Part shown: piece by piece, positions 27,691-41,399 of the stretch
Numbering within the stretch: the stretch's first letter is position 1
How the letters are laid out: each line of letters starts with the position of its first letter
Origin: Candidatus Zhuqueibacterota bacterium
GTDB taxonomy: Bacteria; Zhuqueibacterota; Zhuqueibacteria; Thermofontimicrobiales; Thiofontviventaceae
Direction: 5' to 3'
DNA: 64,000 bases
Assembly (NCBI GenBank): GCA_016931935.1
Contig: JAFGDW010000090.1
Location: forward strand, 199-64,198
Notes under the pieces: model-generated
Seen by the model: the letters and a program-made list of their open reading frames with translations, nothing else
Told to the model about the DNA's origin: nothing
Database searches by the model: none
Made by a program: the position numbers and the translations under genes

Positions 27691-30600
27691 TTAATTGTGT
27701 GCATTTACCGTATGTTTTATTTTTTGATATTTATTCAACATGCGCTGCATAACGTCTTCTTCAATTGGTTTCGTTAAGAAATCATCCATTCCTGCCTCAA
27801 AACACTTTTCTTTATCAGCCTTCAATGCATGCGCCGTTAGGGCAACAATCGGAGTATGAGAATCATATTCACCCGATAAGGAATTCCGTATTAACCTTGT
27901 CGCTTCAAGTCCGTCCATTTCAGGCATTTGGATATCCATAAGAATAAGGTCAAATGGCTGCTCTTTCAATGATTCGATTGCATGTTTTCCATTCTCGACG
28001 ACGACCACAGAATGCCCCCATTTTTCAAGCAATTTCACCGTGACTTTTTGATTGATTATGTTGTCTTCCGCAAGTAATATTTTAAGCCCGAATGACGATG
28101 ATTCTGAATAAACAGTTTCTGTTACATCATCAACATCATCTACCATACGTTGCTCGACAAGATCAAGATTAATAGTGAAGTGTAACGTCGTCCCTGTCTC
28201 GACGTTACTCTCAATCCAAATCTTGCCGCCCATTATTTCCACCAGCTTTTTAGATATAGTCAATCCGATGCCAATGCCACCGTGCCTTCGTGTGAATGAA
28301 TTATCCGCCTGATTAAACATTTCAAAAATTTTTTCCAGTTTATCATCCGGAATACCAACTCCCGTGTCGGAGACGGTAACATGAACCGGCACTTCGCTAT
28401 GTGGAACGATGCCTTGCTGATCACGTTTTGCAGTTAACGCTATCTCGCCAGCATCCGTAAATTTCAGACTATTACGAATGACATTTAGAATAATTTGCTT
28501 GATAAAATCCGGATCGCCGTAAAGGAAACGGGGCACGTGCGGATCGACTGTGCTTGTAAGTATTAATCCTTTATCCTGTGCCTGCGGCAACAGAAACGCT
28601 GTAGTATTTTTTACTAACTCATGGAAATCAAACGTCTGTTTACTAAGTGTCAATTTGCTCGATTCAATTTCGGTGAAACTTAAAACTTTGTTCAGTATAT
28701 CAAGCAATGAATTTGCTGACCGCTGCACAATGTTGAGGAATTCACGTTGTTCTTCAGTGAGTTTAGTCGATAATGTGAGATTTGTCATGCCGATGATTCC
28801 ATTCATTGGTGTTCGGAATTCATGACTAATGTTTGCCAGGAAACGACTTTTGGCATTGTTTGCGGATTCTGCAAGCTCTTTGGCAGCGTGCAGTTCGTTG
28901 TTAATCGTTTTGAGCTCGCGATTTCGACGGCGGATACTATAGGTGCGCACAAAATGGAATATCAACCCGGTAAGTAAAAATATAAGCATGGCAATAGTAC
29001 GAAACCACCAGGTTTGCCAGAACGGCGGAATAATTTTTATGGCTAATGATTTTGCAGCTTCGTTCCAGATGCCATCATTATTGGACGCTTTTACTCGCAG
29101 TGTATAATTTCCGGGGTCAAGATTGGTATAGGTGACAAATCGCCGGGATGAATTATGGTATGTCCATTTATCTTCAAATCCTTCCAATTTGCAGGCATAC
29201 TCATTTTCGGCAGGCGACGCATAATGCAAGGCTGAAAATTCGATGGAAAATATTTTATCGCTGTAATTCAATGTTATCGCATCGGATTCGGTAATTGACT
29301 TTTTTAATCGAGCATTTGCATCGTCACCAATTATGACCGGTTCATTGAATATTTTTAAATCGGTGAACACAATTTGCGGTGTATATGTATCATCACGGAT
29401 GCTATCGGGATGAAATATTTGAAAACCATTTGGACCCCCAAAGTACATTTCTCCGGTATGTATATTCTTCCAACACGAGTTTACAAAAAATTCATTACTG
29501 ATTAAACCATCGGTAGTATAGTAATTTGAAAACGTCTCTTTTGTCGGATTAAATTTGGAAAGCCCCTTGTTTGTACCGATCCACAAATTTCCATGATCAT
29601 CTTCCAAAATGCTCTGTACCGTATTGTTTGCCAGGCCGTCCTTTTCTTGATAGTTTTTAAATATCAAATATCCATCAGCCTGACACATAAGCTTGTTTAA
29701 ACCGTTCCCGGTACCAAGCCAAAAATTACCAGCTTTATCTTCATGTAAAACGAGCACCTTATTATCGCTAATACTTTGAGGATCATCGGGATTATGCCTG
29801 AAATGTACAAATTCACCTTTTTCGCGGTCAAACCTGTTTAAACCACCGAATCCGGTAGCAATCCAAAAGTTACCCTTACGATCTTCTAACATCGCCCAAA
29901 TAGTGTTATCACTTATACTGTATGGATTATTTATATCTACTTCGTAATGAACAAATCTTCCGGATTTCCGATCAAACTGATGAATTCCCTTATTATAGGT
30001 GCCTATCCATAAATCACCTTGCCTATCTTCGTAAATTGACCAAATGACGTTTTCACGTAGGCTGTATGAATTATCCGGATCTAACTTGTAATGTGTAAAT
30101 TCATAGGTCCGGGGATCAAATTCATCCAAACCATTTTCTGTGGCAATCCACAACATACCATGCCGATCAAAATATAGATAACGAACTAAATCGTTTGCTA
30201 TGCTTTTCGAATTATGCTGATCATTTTTAAACCATTTAAATCTTGGATATTCGTTCGGACAAAGGCGATTTAGACCACCGCCCTTTATGCCTAGCCAGAT
30301 TGCACCGCTACTGTCGCCAACAATTGCCTTCACCGTACTGAGACTGAGACAATCCGTTTGATATGGCCGATTGCTGTATGTTGTAAAAAATCGCCAGCGA
30401 GAATAGTATTTATTAACTCCACCATTTTCTGTTCCCACCCATAGGTTGCCGTTACGATCTTCAACGATACACCGGACATAATTATGTGAAAGGCTATTAG
30501 GATCATTCGGATCGCGCATAATTCGTGTAAAATGTTGTGTTTTTTGATCGAACACATTAAAGCCTCCACCCAGTGTACCGATGAGCAGATTACCATGCCT

Positions 30601-31440
30601 GTCCTGATAAATTGTTTTAATTTGATTATTGCTGAGGCTATTTGGGTCATGTGGATTGTATTGATATCGTGTAAATTGTTGACTCTCGAAACTGAACCTG
30701 TTTAACCCCGCTGAACTGGTGCCAATCCACAGATTGCCAGTTTTATCGCTGAATATTATATGAATTTCATTGCCACTCACACTGTAAGGATTGCCTGGTT
30801 CATGCTTATAATGGCTAAATTTTCCGGTGTTCAGATCCAGACAGAATAGACCTTCGATTCCGCCTGTCCACAAATTTCCATATGCATCTTCGCAGATGGT
30901 GTTAATTTTGTTTACGTTTATTTCTCCCGGTAATAATTTAAAAAATGTGAAACGATCGTCGTCTGGATTGTAACGATACAATTTCCCGTCAAACGTCCCG
31001 ACCCACAGTCGATGTTTGGAATCTTCATAAATATCGCTCACACGATTGGTATTAATATTCTGTGGATCAATAGAATCGATCTGATAACGAATGAAATTTT
31101 CTTTCGAACGGTTAAAACGGTATAATTTACCGCTATATGTACATATCCACATCGTACCGCTATTCACTTCAATAATTTTTTTAATTGTATTGTCAGTAAT
31201 ACCGTTGGGATTATTGGGGTCGTATTTGTACTGTTTAAATGAATATCCGTCGAATCGATTAAGCCCTTCAAACGTGCCAAACCACATAAAACCTTTGCTA
31301 TCCTGAATAATTGATGTGATACCACTATTTGAAAGCCCATCCTCGTTGGTTATATGTTCGAATTTAATATTTTCATACGCTGAAAATACTTGATTCTGAA
31401 CACCAACAATTAAAGCAATTATATATACAATTCGCCGCAT
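27691..31440 (-). CDS. Hybrid sensor histidine kinase/response regulator, short variant (Reg_prop/Y_Y_Y sensor, TM, HisKA, HATPase_c, single REC; no PAS, no second REC)
   Basis: 1249 aa; [11 protein letters not shown]; H-box [16 protein letters not shown]; single receiver LLAEDN...[11 protein letters not shown]. Confidence 0.85.
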   Translation of the reverse strand: MRRIVYIIALIVGVQNQVFSAYENIKFEHITNEDGLSNSGITSIIQDSKGFMWFGTFEGLNRFDGYSFKQYKYDPNNPNGITDNTIKKIIEVNSGTMWICTYSGKLYRFNRSKENFIRYQIDSIDPQNINTNRVSDIYEDSKHRLWVGTFDGKLYRYNPDDDRFTFFKLLPGEINVNKINTICEDAYGNLWTGGIEGLFCLDLNTGKFSHYKHEPGNPYSVSGNEIHIIFSDKTGNLWIGTSSAGLNRFSFESQQFTRYQYNPHDPNSLSNNQIKTIYQDRHGNLLIGTLGGGFNVFDQKTQHFTRIMRDPNDPNSLSHNYVRCIVEDRNGNLWVGTENGGVNKYYSRWRFFTTYSNRPYQTDCLSLSTVKAIVGDSSGAIWLGIKGGGLNRLCPNEYPRFKWFKNDQHNSKSIANDLVRYLYFDRHGMLWIATENGLDEFDPRTYEFTHYKLDPDNSYSLRENVIWSIYEDRQGDLWIGTYNKGIHQFDRKSGRFVHYEVDINNPYSISDNTIWAMLEDRKGNFWIATGFGGLNRFDREKGEFVHFRHNPDDPQSISDNKVLVLHEDKAGNFWLGTGNGLNKLMCQADGYLIFKNYQEKDGLANNTVQSILEDDHGNLWIGTNKGLSKFNPTKETFSNYYTTDGLISNEFFVNSCWKNIHTGEMYFGGPNGFQIFHPDSIRDDTYTPQIVFTDLKIFNEPVIIGDDANARLKKSITESDAITLNYSDKIFSIEFSALHYASPAENEYACKLEGFEDKWTYHNSSRRFVTYTNLDPGNYTLRVKASNNDGIWNEAAKSLAIKIIPPFWQTWWFRTIAMLIFLLTGLIFHFVRTYSIRRRNRELKTINNELHAAKELAESANNAKSRFLANISHEFRTPMNGIIGMTNLTLSTKLTEEQREFLNIVQRSANSLLDILNKVLSFTEIESSKLTLSKQTFDFHELVKNTTAFLLPQAQDKGLILTSTVDPHVPRFLYGDPDFIKQIILNVIRNSLKFTDAGEIALTAKRDQQGIVPHSEVPVHVTVSDTGVGIPDDKLEKIFEMFNQADNSFTRRHGGIGIGLTISKKLVEIMGGKIWIESNVETGTTLHFTINLDLVEQRMVDDVDDVTETVYSESSSFGLKILLAEDNIINQKVTVKLLEKWGHSVVVVENGKHAIESLKEQPFDLILMDIQMPEMDGLEATRLIRNSLSGEYDSHTPIVALTAHALKADKEKCFEAGMDDFLTKPIEEDVMQRMLNKYQKIKHTVNAHN

Positions 31441-31576
31441 AATCGTTCTCCGCCAACCATCACATTTAATTTATATCTTTCAATAACGCATTCATTTCAC
31501 ATGCAAAAAAATTTAATTTCTGTCGCGTGACATTTCTTTGCACCAAGTGCGCTGTTATTTTTATTTTGGTGCTTTC

Positions 31577-31630
31577 ATGTTCCCTTCGGCAAGCTCAGGG
31601 GACGTACGCCAAGCTTGTCGAAACGTACAT
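31577..31630. repeat. Repeat fragment in reverse orientation (CCTTCGGCAAGCTCAGGGGACGTACGCCAAGCTTGTCGAAACGTAC) related to the 36136/41400/51358 elements
   Basis: Reverse complement CCCCTGAGCTTGCCGAAGGGAACATG matches 51358-51381 GCCTGAGCTTGTCGAAGGCAACATG at 21/24. Confidence 0.4.
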
Positions 31631-31663
31631 TTTAAACTTGACATGACACTGGCTTTGTCGCAT

Positions 31664-34600
31664 TTATGTATTATGCACGACTTCAGCATTTTTGGCGATC
31701 CGCACTGCAAACGATTTGATAACAAGGAATGCTTCTTCCACATTCAGTGGTTTTGAAATATAGCCATCCATTCCTGCTTCCAGAAAGCGTTCCTTATCGC
31801 CTTTCATGGCATGCGCTGTCATGGCAATAATCGGAATTTTAGTGTTTATCCCGGGTGATGTTGAATTTCTGATTTCGTAAGTTGCCTGCATGCCGTCTTT
31901 AACGGGCATTTGGACATCCATTAAGACCAGATCGAAATCGTCATTCTCCAACATATTAATGGCTTCCTGGCCGTCGTTTACGATTGTAACACGATGCCCC
32001 CACTTTTTAAGCAGGCTTCGCGCTACTTTTTGATTGATTATATTATCTTCGGCCAGTAATATTCTGAGTGCCGGGACTGCTTCACCTATTGAATTGGTGA
32101 TCGCATTTTCTTCCGTTGGCTGGATTGCTAATCCCAACGTTTGTAAAATACTGTAGTATAAATCATCCTGCCTGATAGGTTTGTACAGAAAATCGCTGAC
32201 ACCAATCGCTCTGTAAGAATCCATACCATCTTTATAAACAACTGAACTCATCATGATAATTTTTATATTGCTCCACTCCGGTCGCGATCGTACGATTCTG
32301 GTGAACTCAAAGCCATCCATTTCGGGCATTTGATAATCGAGCAATATCAGTGAATACAAGTTACGATTTTCCTCAGCAGTTTTCAGTAATTTCAGTGCAT
32401 TCTTGCCACTCCACGCGATATCTGATGTGAATCCACACGAAGCCAGCATATCGCGCACAATAATGCAATTTGTATTGTTATCATCAACAATGAGCACAGG
32501 CATTTTCGCGCAATGCTGTAATTTATTTTTATAAACCAAACTTTCTTCGCGCCATCCCGATTTCAATAAAGCAGTAAAATGAAACGTACTGCCAGCGCCA
32601 ACCTGGCTTTCAACCCAAATTTCCCCACCCATTAATTCAGTCAACTTTTGTGAAATGGTAAGTCCTAAACCTGTGCCACCATATTTACGCGTCGTTGAAT
32701 TATCCGCCTGCGAAAATTTTTCAAATATTGTTCCCAATTTATTTTCGGGAATTCCAATACCAGTATCGGTAATCAGAAAATGTAAACAATTGACCAGTTC
32801 GTCATTATCAGGCTGAGATTGCTCTATTTGAACTCGCACGACGATCTCTCCCTTTTCAGTGAATTTAATGGCATTCCCAACTAAATTTACTATTATTTGT
32901 CTAAGTCTGTTTGGATCGCCCTTTAAAGCTACTGGTACATCGGGTTTAACATCACATAATAGTTCAAGCCCCTTTGAATGCGCTTGAACTGCCATTGTTG
33001 CCGTGACTGTCTCAACAATTTTTCGTAAATCAAAATCGGTTTCTTCCAATTCCAACCTGCCTGCCTCAATTTTGGAAAAATCAAGGATATCATTCAACAA
33101 GTCGAGCAGCGATTCTGCGGATTGTTTGGCGATCTGCAAATAGTCTCGCTGTTTCTTCGTTAATTCCGTATCGAGAGTCAGCTCGGTCATACCGATGATA
33201 CCATTCATCGGGGTTCGGATTTCGTGACTCATGTTTGCAAGGAATTCACTCTTTGAGCGATTCGCCGCTTCTGCCATTTCTTTTGCGGTCCGCAATTCAT
33301 CGTTTGTCGCTTCTAATTCGGCTGTGCGCTCATCTACCCGTTTCTTTAGCAACTTGTTGCCCTTGCGAATATTATAAGTCCGATATTGATAAAAGGAGAC
33401 GAGTAATAGTGAAACACTGATAAGGCCTGTAACACGAAACCACCATGTCTGCCAGATTGGTGGGGCAATATCAATTACAAGGACTTTCCCGGATTCATTC
33501 CATAATCCATCGCTGTTTGTCCCTTTTACATTGAATCTGTAGTGGCCGGAGTTTAAATTTGTGTAGGTTACAAACCGCCGATCATTAACATAATTCCAAT
33601 CCTTTTCGAATCCTTCCAACCTGTATGCATATTTATTATTCTCTGGCGAATTATAATTAAGAGCTGCATATTCGAATGAGAAAACACGATCTTTGTAGGA
33701 TAATGCCAGATGTTTCGTTTCTTCAATTGTTTTTTCCAGGATAGTACGACCATTCGTTTGCATTCCTGGATAGATCGATTTATTAAAAAGCTGAAAATCG
33801 GAAATAATCATCGGTGGGATATGTGGATCATTCTGAATTTCTTTAGGGTAAAAGGCATTAAAACCATTTACTCCCCCAAAATATAATTTCCCATGATCAT
33901 CTTTAAAACAGGCATTAACACTGAATTCACTGCTTTGTAATCCGTTATTTACCGTGTAAGTACGAATCGTTTTAGTTGCCCGCTCGAACCGGGACAAGCC
34001 ATTATTCGTGCTGATCCATAAGTTTCTGTTTTCATCTTCCAGTATACCATGAATGGTATTGCTCGCTAAGCCATCCTTGGTTGTGTAACAGTTAAATTGC
34101 CCTGTGGTCCGGTTGAAATGGTTGAGTCCGCGCGTTGTGCCTAACCATAAATCACCCCTATAATCTTCAAAGATTATAAGTACTTTATTATCGCTAATAC
34201 TGAATTCATTTGCCGGATCAGTAGTGTAATTGATAAATGTATAGCCCTGGTTTTCATGAGTTTCATTCTCGACACCTTCATCAAGCTCTGGTTCTGATGG
34301 AACCAGCCTATTCAAGCCACCATTATTTGTCCCAACCCAAATATCTCCCTGACGGTCCTGAAGAATCGACCAGATCGTATTGTCACTCACACTTTGTGGA
34401 TCATCGGGATCGTGGTTGTATTGTGTAAACGATTCTGTTTTCCGATCAAATTTATGTAAACCGGTTCCCCAGGTACCTGCCCAGACATTATCTGACCGAT
34501 CGACATAAATCGAAAACACATTGTCATCACTCAAGCTTCCGGGATTGGTCGGATCGTTCATATAATTTGTAAACTGTTCAGTTGCAGGATTAAACCGACT

Positions 34601-35953
34601 AATGCCATTATTGGTAGCAATCCAAAAATCCCCGGCCTGATCGATGCTTAAAGCACGAACCAAATTATTACAAATGCTGTTGGGATTATTCATATCGTTT
34701 TGGTAATAGGTATATTGACCGGTATTCAAATTTACTTTTTTCAATCCGCTTTCAAGCGTACCCAGCCAAAGGATATCATCATTCTGCTCCTTTGTCATAT
34801 AAATCGCTGTGATGATATTGCTGTTGGCCCCAAATTCATTTTCCGAATTAAGTGTATAGTGATGAAATTGCAGATTACGTTTGTTAAATTTATTCACCCC
34901 TCCGAAATCCGTTCCGATCCACAGCAAACCGGCACTGTCTTCATAAATGGAACAAATGGAATTATTACTCAAACTATTGGGATCATTCGGATCATTAAGA
35001 TAATGGATAAACGTTTCCGATTGACGATTCAACATGCTTAAGCCGCCACCATTCATACCGATCCAAATATTTCCTGCGATGTCTTCAAATACTGAACGGA
35101 CGACGTCGTGACGCAAACCAGTGGGATCATCGGGATTTGCCCGGAAGCGTTTCACTTCGTTTGTTTTCAGATCATATCGATATAAACCACTGCCCCAGGT
35201 GCCAATCCATAAAAATCCATCCCGGTCTTCGATCATGGTAATTTTTCGAAAATTAGTAACGTTGGGATCGATGTCTACTTTTATAAACTGTTCTTTTTTT
35301 CTGTCAAATCGGCTGATACCATCATCATTTCCAATCCAGATTGTTCCGTTGCTGTCTTTATAAATTGCAGTGACATTATCATTAAATAGACCATTTGGTT
35401 TGTCAGCGTTGGAACAATAGTGCCTAAAAAGTCCTTCGGGATTACTCCCTGTCCGCGTATCGTGTTCTGCATTAGGTTTTGAAAATATATTGATTCCGCC
35501 GCCATAGGTCGCAATCCACAATGCGCCATCCTGATCTTCAACAATCGATTGGATTCTGTCATTTGTCAACCCGTTGTCGACTCCCGGATTCGCATTGTAT
35601 ATGATAAAACAATCTTTGCCCCGATCAAATTTGCAGAGTCCGCTTTCGGTCCCAATCCACAACGTGGCATCCCGATCTTCATACATGACATTAATAATGT
35701 TATTACTTATCGTGCTCGGCTCTTTTGGATCATTTTTGTAGATTTTAAAATTATAACCATCGTATCGGTTCAGGCCATCATATGTTCCGAACCACATAAA
35801 CCCCTTACTGTCCTGGAAGATAGAGATGACGGAACTCTGAGACAAACCCTGATCTTTCGATATCCGCTGAAAACGGATATTTTCATTCAATCCGTACAGG
35901 TCAAGACATCGAGAAATGAAAAATAGTATGAGAATAATTTTTGTTTTCATCAT
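31664..35953 (-). CDS. Hybrid sensor histidine kinase/response regulator (Reg_prop/Y_Y_Y sensor, TM, HisKA, HATPase_c, REC, REC)
   Basis: 1429 aa; [11 protein letters not shown]; [17 protein letters not shown]; two REC domains. Confidence 0.85.
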   Translation of the reverse strand: MMKTKIILILFFISRCLDLYGLNENIRFQRISKDQGLSQSSVISIFQDSKGFMWFGTYDGLNRYDGYNFKIYKNDPKEPSTISNNIINVMYEDRDATLWIGTESGLCKFDRGKDCFIIYNANPGVDNGLTNDRIQSIVEDQDGALWIATYGGGINIFSKPNAEHDTRTGSNPEGLFRHYCSNADKPNGLFNDNVTAIYKDSNGTIWIGNDDGISRFDRKKEQFIKVDIDPNVTNFRKITMIEDRDGFLWIGTWGSGLYRYDLKTNEVKRFRANPDDPTGLRHDVVRSVFEDIAGNIWIGMNGGGLSMLNRQSETFIHYLNDPNDPNSLSNNSICSIYEDSAGLLWIGTDFGGVNKFNKRNLQFHHYTLNSENEFGANSNIITAIYMTKEQNDDILWLGTLESGLKKVNLNTGQYTYYQNDMNNPNSICNNLVRALSIDQAGDFWIATNNGISRFNPATEQFTNYMNDPTNPGSLSDDNVFSIYVDRSDNVWAGTWGTGLHKFDRKTESFTQYNHDPDDPQSVSDNTIWSILQDRQGDIWVGTNNGGLNRLVPSEPELDEGVENETHENQGYTFINYTTDPANEFSISDNKVLIIFEDYRGDLWLGTTRGLNHFNRTTGQFNCYTTKDGLASNTIHGILEDENRNLWISTNNGLSRFERATKTIRTYTVNNGLQSSEFSVNACFKDDHGKLYFGGVNGFNAFYPKEIQNDPHIPPMIISDFQLFNKSIYPGMQTNGRTILEKTIEETKHLALSYKDRVFSFEYAALNYNSPENNKYAYRLEGFEKDWNYVNDRRFVTYTNLNSGHYRFNVKGTNSDGLWNESGKVLVIDIAPPIWQTWWFRVTGLISVSLLLVSFYQYRTYNIRKGNKLLKKRVDERTAELEATNDELRTAKEMAEAANRSKSEFLANMSHEIRTPMNGIIGMTELTLDTELTKKQRDYLQIAKQSAESLLDLLNDILDFSKIEAGRLELEETDFDLRKIVETVTATMAVQAHSKGLELLCDVKPDVPVALKGDPNRLRQIIVNLVGNAIKFTEKGEIVVRVQIEQSQPDNDELVNCLHFLITDTGIGIPENKLGTIFEKFSQADNSTTRKYGGTGLGLTISQKLTELMGGEIWVESQVGAGSTFHFTALLKSGWREESLVYKNKLQHCAKMPVLIVDDNNTNCIIVRDMLASCGFTSDIAWSGKNALKLLKTAEENRNLYSLILLDYQMPEMDGFEFTRIVRSRPEWSNIKIIMMSSVVYKDGMDSYRAIGVSDFLYKPIRQDDLYYSILQTLGLAIQPTEENAITNSIGEAVPALRILLAEDNIINQKVARSLLKKWGHRVTIVNDGQEAINMLENDDFDLVLMDVQMPVKDGMQATYEIRNSTSPGINTKIPIIAMTAHAMKGDKERFLEAGMDGYISKPLNVEEAFLVIKSFAVRIAKNAEVVHNT

Positions 35954-36135
35954 AGGCTATAATTAAAAAATAGTTGATAAAATTATAATGTAAATTATAT
36001 AAAATTTACCTATTCAGGCATCCTGCCAATTGACAGCTGCGATGTTCTATCACGAGATTCACGTACTGCTATAATTAGTTTTTTAGTAAACGATCTATCA
36101 ATGGAACAGGCAAAACTATTTAGGGCAAAATTATT

Positions 36136-36293
36136 GTATCCTTTCAATATTGGTTGGTTCTGTTGACTTCGACACGCTCAGTCAACGGTATGTTCCGTAC
36201 CCTGAGCTTGCCGTCTCGCAACGGCGTGCCGCCGCAGTTCGCGGCACGAACGGTGCCGAAGGGTACTCTCTCCATCATTTATTGAACAGATAC
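36136..36293. repeat. Structured ~158-bp intergenic element 'R1' (GTATCCTTTCAATATTGG...GTTGACTTCGACACGCTCAGTCAAC...GTACCCTGAGCTTGCCGTCTCGCAACGGC-GTGCCGCCGCAGTTCGCGGCAC...CGAAGGGTAC...CATCATTTATTGAACAGATAC), nested stem-loops
   Basis: About 85% identical to the 136-bp copy at 41400-41535 apart from an extra ~25-nt GC-rich hairpin insertion; read directly. Confidence 0.5.
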
Positions 36294-36629
36294 AAATTAT
36301 TTTTAAGTAAACACTATTCAGATATGAGTTGTGAACTCCTCTCGGAAATTATTTTTAATTATTTTGCCCTTAATTTGTTTGCCATCATTTTGCATCCGCT
36401 CAATATTTTCCGGCTTTGTTGGCCCACCGCGGTGAGCCCAGCCTACATTCCTTGTCTCGTAGTATTGAAGCGGGAAAAACGAAACACTTGAACAACTTTA
36501 TAAATTTGATATGCCCTCAATTCGTGTGCAATGTTAAGTGTTAACCTCCGTATTTATCAGAAGGTGACATTCACTGTAATTTTTTTATACTCCCGACTCA
36601 GCACGTACTATGTATTTTCGTTCAGACAG

Positions 36630-39600
36630 CTACACATTTCGCATGGCGACCGGAACATACTTTTTCAGCATTTGCATCACTTCATTTATGTCGATGGGTT
36701 TGGAAATATAATCATCCATTCCTGCATTAAGAAATGATTCCTTATCGTCTTTCATTGCATGCGCCGTCATTGCAATAATCGGTATTCCGGAATTTGATAA
36801 AAATTCATCGCTTTTCCGGATTATGCGTGTGGCTTCTACACCATCCATGTTCGGCATTTGAACATCCATAAGTATTAAATCAAATTGTTTCTGTTTTAGG
36901 ATTTCAATAGCTTCTTTTCCATCATTGGCAACTGTCACCTGGTGTCCCCATTTTTTCAAAAAGTTGATTGCAACTTTCTGATTAATGATATTATCTTCTG
37001 CCAACAATATCTTCAACGATGGATTTTCAACTTTACTTGATCCTTCCGCGGCTTCATAACCATCGACTTCATCCACCTTGCCAAGTGTCAACAATATTGT
37101 TTGAATCAAATCGTCCTGACGTACCGGTTTTTGTAAATAGTTATTTATACCAATATTTTTACTGCGCTCAAGATAGCCTTTTTCATTTATCGAACTCATC
37201 ATAACGATTTTCACGTCGTCCCAGGCGTGATTCGCACGGATTTTTTCTGCAATCTCAAATCCATCCATCTCCGGCATTTTTAAATCAAGCAAGATTAACG
37301 AAAACAATTTCTTGTTATCGGAATCGTCACTCATTTTATTCAACGCTTGACTGCCACCCATTGCAATTACCGGATCAAATCCCCATGAAATTAATACATC
37401 ACGTAAAATGATGCAGTTTGTATTATTATCATCGACAATCAGCACGCGCGGCGCTTCCATTTCATGGAACCAATTTCGATAAACCGGTGATTCTTCATCG
37501 GAACCAGGATGAAAAATTCCGGTAAATTGGAACACGCTCCCTTTTCCAACTTCACTTTCAACCCAAATACGCCCCCCCATTAATTCAGATAGTTTTTGTG
37601 AGATCGTAAGTCCAAGGCCAGTACCACCATACTTTCGAGTGGTCGAGACATCAGCCTGGGAGAAACTTTCAAAAATTTTATCGAGCTTGTCGGCTGGGAT
37701 ACCAATTCCCGTATCAGAAACAGAAAAGTGAAGCCCTATCTGATCCGGGTTTGATGCTTTAAAAAATGAGTCGAAATCCACACGAACGATTATTTCACCT
37801 TTTTCCGTAAACTTAAGGGCATTCCCGACAAGGTTGACAATTATTTGGCGCAAACGTCCGGAATCTCCCCGCACTGAAACAGGAACATCATTTTTAATAT
37901 CACATAACAGTTCAACGCCCTTTGTATGCGCCTGAATAGCGAAAGTGGTCAGTGCAGTTTCGATGACATTACGCAGATTGAAATCAACTTCTTCCAACTC
38001 CAGTTTTCCGGCTTCAATCTTCGAAAAATCAAGAATATCGTTTAACAGGTCAAGTAGTGATTCCGCCGATCGTTTCGCAATATTCAAATAGTCGCGTTGC
38101 TGTTTATTGGGGGCTAAATCCAGCGCCAATTCGGTCATGCCAATAATACCGTTCATGGGTGTGCGAATTTCATGACTCATATTAGCCAGAAATTCACTTT
38201 TTGACTGACTTGCAGCTTCAGCATCGAGCTTGGCCTTCTTTAATTTAGCCTCAAATCGTTTGCGTTCATTAATGTTACGTGAAATGCCAACAATCCCCTG
38301 GACGTTTCCATGACTATCCAATATCCGCACTTTAGAGGTTGACACCCAGTTTTCCAGTCTGGAAATCGGATCAATCGCCTTTTCATCTTTATTTAAAATC
38401 GCTTGCCCTGTTTCCATTATTCGCTTTTCATCATGATGAAATTCATTAACAAATTCGGGCGGAAAGAAATCCATATCTGTTTTACCAACCAAATCATGTT
38501 GATCTTTCATTCCTAACGATCGTATATGAGTGAGATTGTTAAGCAGGAATTTGTTCTCCTTATCTTTCATGTAAATAGAATCCGGCACCATATCGATAAC
38601 TGTCTGCAGGACATTTTTTTCATTTGCCAACTGCTGAGTGCGTCGCTCAATAATTTTTTCCAAATGTTTATTATGTTGTTTTACGGTATACATTCTAAGG
38701 AGATGAGCAATGAAAAATGATATCAGCAAAACAAATATAATTATGGAACGGAACCACCATGTTGCCCAGTATGGCGGTGTAATCACAATCTTAATTGCCG
38801 CCCCGGTTTCATTCCAGATTCCGTCGTTATTTGATGCCTTAACATTAAACGTATAAGTCCCTGGATTTATATTCGTATAGGTTGCTTCCCGTTTCGCTCC
38901 GACATAATTCCAGTTTTTATCAAAGCCTTCCATTCTATAGGCATATTCATTCTTTTCAGGATTGATGAAATTCAACGCAACCCACTTAAAACTAAGCATC
39001 TTCTGATTATGCGACAATTTTAGTTGTTGAGTAAAACGAATATGTTGTGGGAGTACGGATTGCGCATTATCGTTGGTAATCGGAACAGATTTATTTAGTA
39101 ACAGAAAATCCGAAAGGTACACAGCAGGCGGTTCCGTATTCGACCGTATGCTGTCTGGATTGAATTGAATAATCCCGTTGACTCCTCCAAAAAGTAATTC
39201 TCCGGCTTTACTTTTAAAGCATGAATTCTCAAAAAATTCAGCTATGTCCAATCCATCATCCAAATCAAAATTTTTGAAGTGTTGAGTATTAAGGTTCAAT
39301 CGAGATAGACCTTCTTTTGTACTGATCCATAAATTGTCATTATTATCTTCAAGCAAAGCACAAATATAATTGCTGATTATGCCATTGTTTTTATAATAGT
39401 GAACAAACGCATCTCGTTGTCGATCGTATTTATTAAGTCCATCCGATGTACCAATCCAAACATTGTGGCGGGAATCTTCATAAAGCGTAATGATATAGTT
39501 ATTACTGATCGAAGCTGAATCATTTGGATCAAAAAAGTAGCTGGTGAATGAATTTTCATTATCTAATCTGGACAATCCTGCCACAGTAGCAATCCAGATG

Positions 39601-41120
39601 CTGCCATCACTGGTAGCATAAATATGAAATCCCCATTCACTCGCCATTGCATGGGGGTCGTCGTGAATTGATTTGTAGGTTATAAACGTTTCATCCTCTT
39701 TATTAAACCGGCTGATTCCGGTGCCATGTGTGACAATCCATAGATTACCATTTTGGTCTTCCGTAATGGAACGAACGTCGTACCCCGGAATACTCTTTTT
39801 GTTACGAGGACTGGGTTCATAATTTTTGAAACGATTTTCCGATTTAATGAACCGCTGTAATCCGCCATCATAACTTCCGACCCATATTTCACCATCGCTA
39901 TCACAGAAAATTTCAAAGACACTTCCACGTTTCAAATCCTTGTTTCCATCCCCGGGTGCAAAATATTTTACAGTACCATTTTTCCGATTGACGACGTTGA
40001 TACCACCGCTATAATAACCAATCCATAAGTTACCATCATGATCTCCCGTAATCGCAGACACTGTGCCGGAAATTGCATCTGTTTTTTCGGGTGGCGTATA
40101 TTTAATGTGCTTGAATGATTGCTGATTCTTCGTCAAGCTTATACCGCCAAAGTTCATTCCCAGCCAGATATTCTCCTGTCGGTCCTGATAAATGGTATTT
40201 ATCGCAATGCCGGAAAGCGATGATTCATTACGAATGTCATGCACATATTGTTGAAAGGATAAATCTTGTTGATTGTAAATTCGCAATCTATCTATATCAC
40301 TCACCCAAACATGGCTATCTTTATCCTGGAAGATAGTCTTTATATAACCAGTACTCGATTTAACGGATTGAAATTTTAACGATGTTTTATCAATAATAAA
40401 AATACCATTCTCTCTTGTACCAACCCAAATAGCTTTGTCATTTTCCATCAACGTCGTAATTGAATAATTTTTCCAGCCACTGTCGGGGATATATGGCGAG
40501 AGCTTATGCTCCTGGAAGGAATAAACAAATAATCCATCTTTGCCGCCTATCCAGAGATTTTCATTTTCATCCTGAAGTATATATTCAACATGTATTTTTA
40601 AATCGACGACAAATTTAAATACCTGATTATCCCGATTCAGTGTATACAGTACCCCACGATCGTTAATCACAAACAATGTACCGTTGCGATTTTCAAAAAA
40701 GCCACGAATATCGGATAAATGGCCGCTGTCATCAGCTTGACGGATATAATTTGTAAAATTATCATTTTTGGGATTGTATTTGCTGATGCCATCCTGAGTG
40801 CCAATCCATAGCTCCGAGCATAAAGAGTAGTACAGAATATTTATATAATTATGTAAAATGCTGGTGGTATCCCGATGGCTTCTACGATAGATTTGAAAAT
40901 TATAGCCATTAAATTTATTCAACCCATTTGTTGTGGCAATCCACACAAATCCTTCGGCATCCTGCTGGATATCGGTCACAATACTGTTGGACAATCCATC
41001 GGCGGTGCCGTAATGCTTAAATTTAAGATTGCTAACATCAATCGCACCCAATGATGTGCTGTTGTAAACAACCAGAACAATCAAGGCTAATAATTTGGCA
41101 ATCTGCTTCATGAACCACAA
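36630..41120 (-). CDS. Hybrid sensor histidine kinase/response regulator (Reg_prop/Y_Y_Y sensor, TM, PAS, HisKA, HATPase_c, REC, REC)
   Basis: 1496 aa; TPPYWATWWFR; [17 protein letters not shown]; two REC. Confidence 0.85.
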   Translation of the reverse strand: MWFMKQIAKLLALIVLVVYNSTSLGAIDVSNLKFKHYGTADGLSNSIVTDIQQDAEGFVWIATTNGLNKFNGYNFQIYRRSHRDTTSILHNYINILYYSLCSELWIGTQDGISKYNPKNDNFTNYIRQADDSGHLSDIRGFFENRNGTLFVINDRGVLYTLNRDNQVFKFVVDLKIHVEYILQDENENLWIGGKDGLFVYSFQEHKLSPYIPDSGWKNYSITTLMENDKAIWVGTRENGIFIIDKTSLKFQSVKSSTGYIKTIFQDKDSHVWVSDIDRLRIYNQQDLSFQQYVHDIRNESSLSGIAINTIYQDRQENIWLGMNFGGISLTKNQQSFKHIKYTPPEKTDAISGTVSAITGDHDGNLWIGYYSGGINVVNRKNGTVKYFAPGDGNKDLKRGSVFEIFCDSDGEIWVGSYDGGLQRFIKSENRFKNYEPSPRNKKSIPGYDVRSITEDQNGNLWIVTHGTGISRFNKEDETFITYKSIHDDPHAMASEWGFHIYATSDGSIWIATVAGLSRLDNENSFTSYFFDPNDSASISNNYIITLYEDSRHNVWIGTSDGLNKYDRQRDAFVHYYKNNGIISNYICALLEDNNDNLWISTKEGLSRLNLNTQHFKNFDLDDGLDIAEFFENSCFKSKAGELLFGGVNGIIQFNPDSIRSNTEPPAVYLSDFLLLNKSVPITNDNAQSVLPQHIRFTQQLKLSHNQKMLSFKWVALNFINPEKNEYAYRMEGFDKNWNYVGAKREATYTNINPGTYTFNVKASNNDGIWNETGAAIKIVITPPYWATWWFRSIIIFVLLISFFIAHLLRMYTVKQHNKHLEKIIERRTQQLANEKNVLQTVIDMVPDSIYMKDKENKFLLNNLTHIRSLGMKDQHDLVGKTDMDFFPPEFVNEFHHDEKRIMETGQAILNKDEKAIDPISRLENWVSTSKVRILDSHGNVQGIVGISRNINERKRFEAKLKKAKLDAEAASQSKSEFLANMSHEIRTPMNGIIGMTELALDLAPNKQQRDYLNIAKRSAESLLDLLNDILDFSKIEAGKLELEEVDFNLRNVIETALTTFAIQAHTKGVELLCDIKNDVPVSVRGDSGRLRQIIVNLVGNALKFTEKGEIIVRVDFDSFFKASNPDQIGLHFSVSDTGIGIPADKLDKIFESFSQADVSTTRKYGGTGLGLTISQKLSELMGGRIWVESEVGKGSVFQFTGIFHPGSDEESPVYRNWFHEMEAPRVLIVDDNNTNCIILRDVLISWGFDPVIAMGGSQALNKMSDDSDNKKLFSLILLDLKMPEMDGFEIAEKIRANHAWDDVKIVMMSSINEKGYLERSKNIGINNYLQKPVRQDDLIQTILLTLGKVDEVDGYEAAEGSSKVENPSLKILLAEDNIINQKVAINFLKKWGHQVTVANDGKEAIEILKQKQFDLILMDVQMPNMDGVEATRIIRKSDEFLSNSGIPIIAMTAHAMKDDKESFLNAGMDDYISKPIDINEVMQMLKKYVPVAMRNV

Positions 41121-41399
41121 CTCCAGACAAAATCATATAAAACAATTGCAATAATTGAATTCGGGGGTATATAATAATTCTATTCTATTTATCGGTTTGA
41201 CTTAAAAATTATCCAGACCTATCGTACAAGATTTTTTAAATTTCATCTGTATTTCGGTGCATGTATGCGATTCAAAATAGATCCGCATTTTTCCAGATTC
41301 GATTTATCAGTGCAGAATTTAATTTTGGGATAACCAATTTGTGAAGACTGTTGAAGGACTATATAAACTTGACTTTTGAGGATGTGAATAATATTAATT

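Noticed and set aside
36400-36425. Near-palindrome GGCCCACCGCGGTGAGCCC
   Set aside because: Only partially symmetric around a CCGCGG core; no second copy; not enough to call a site
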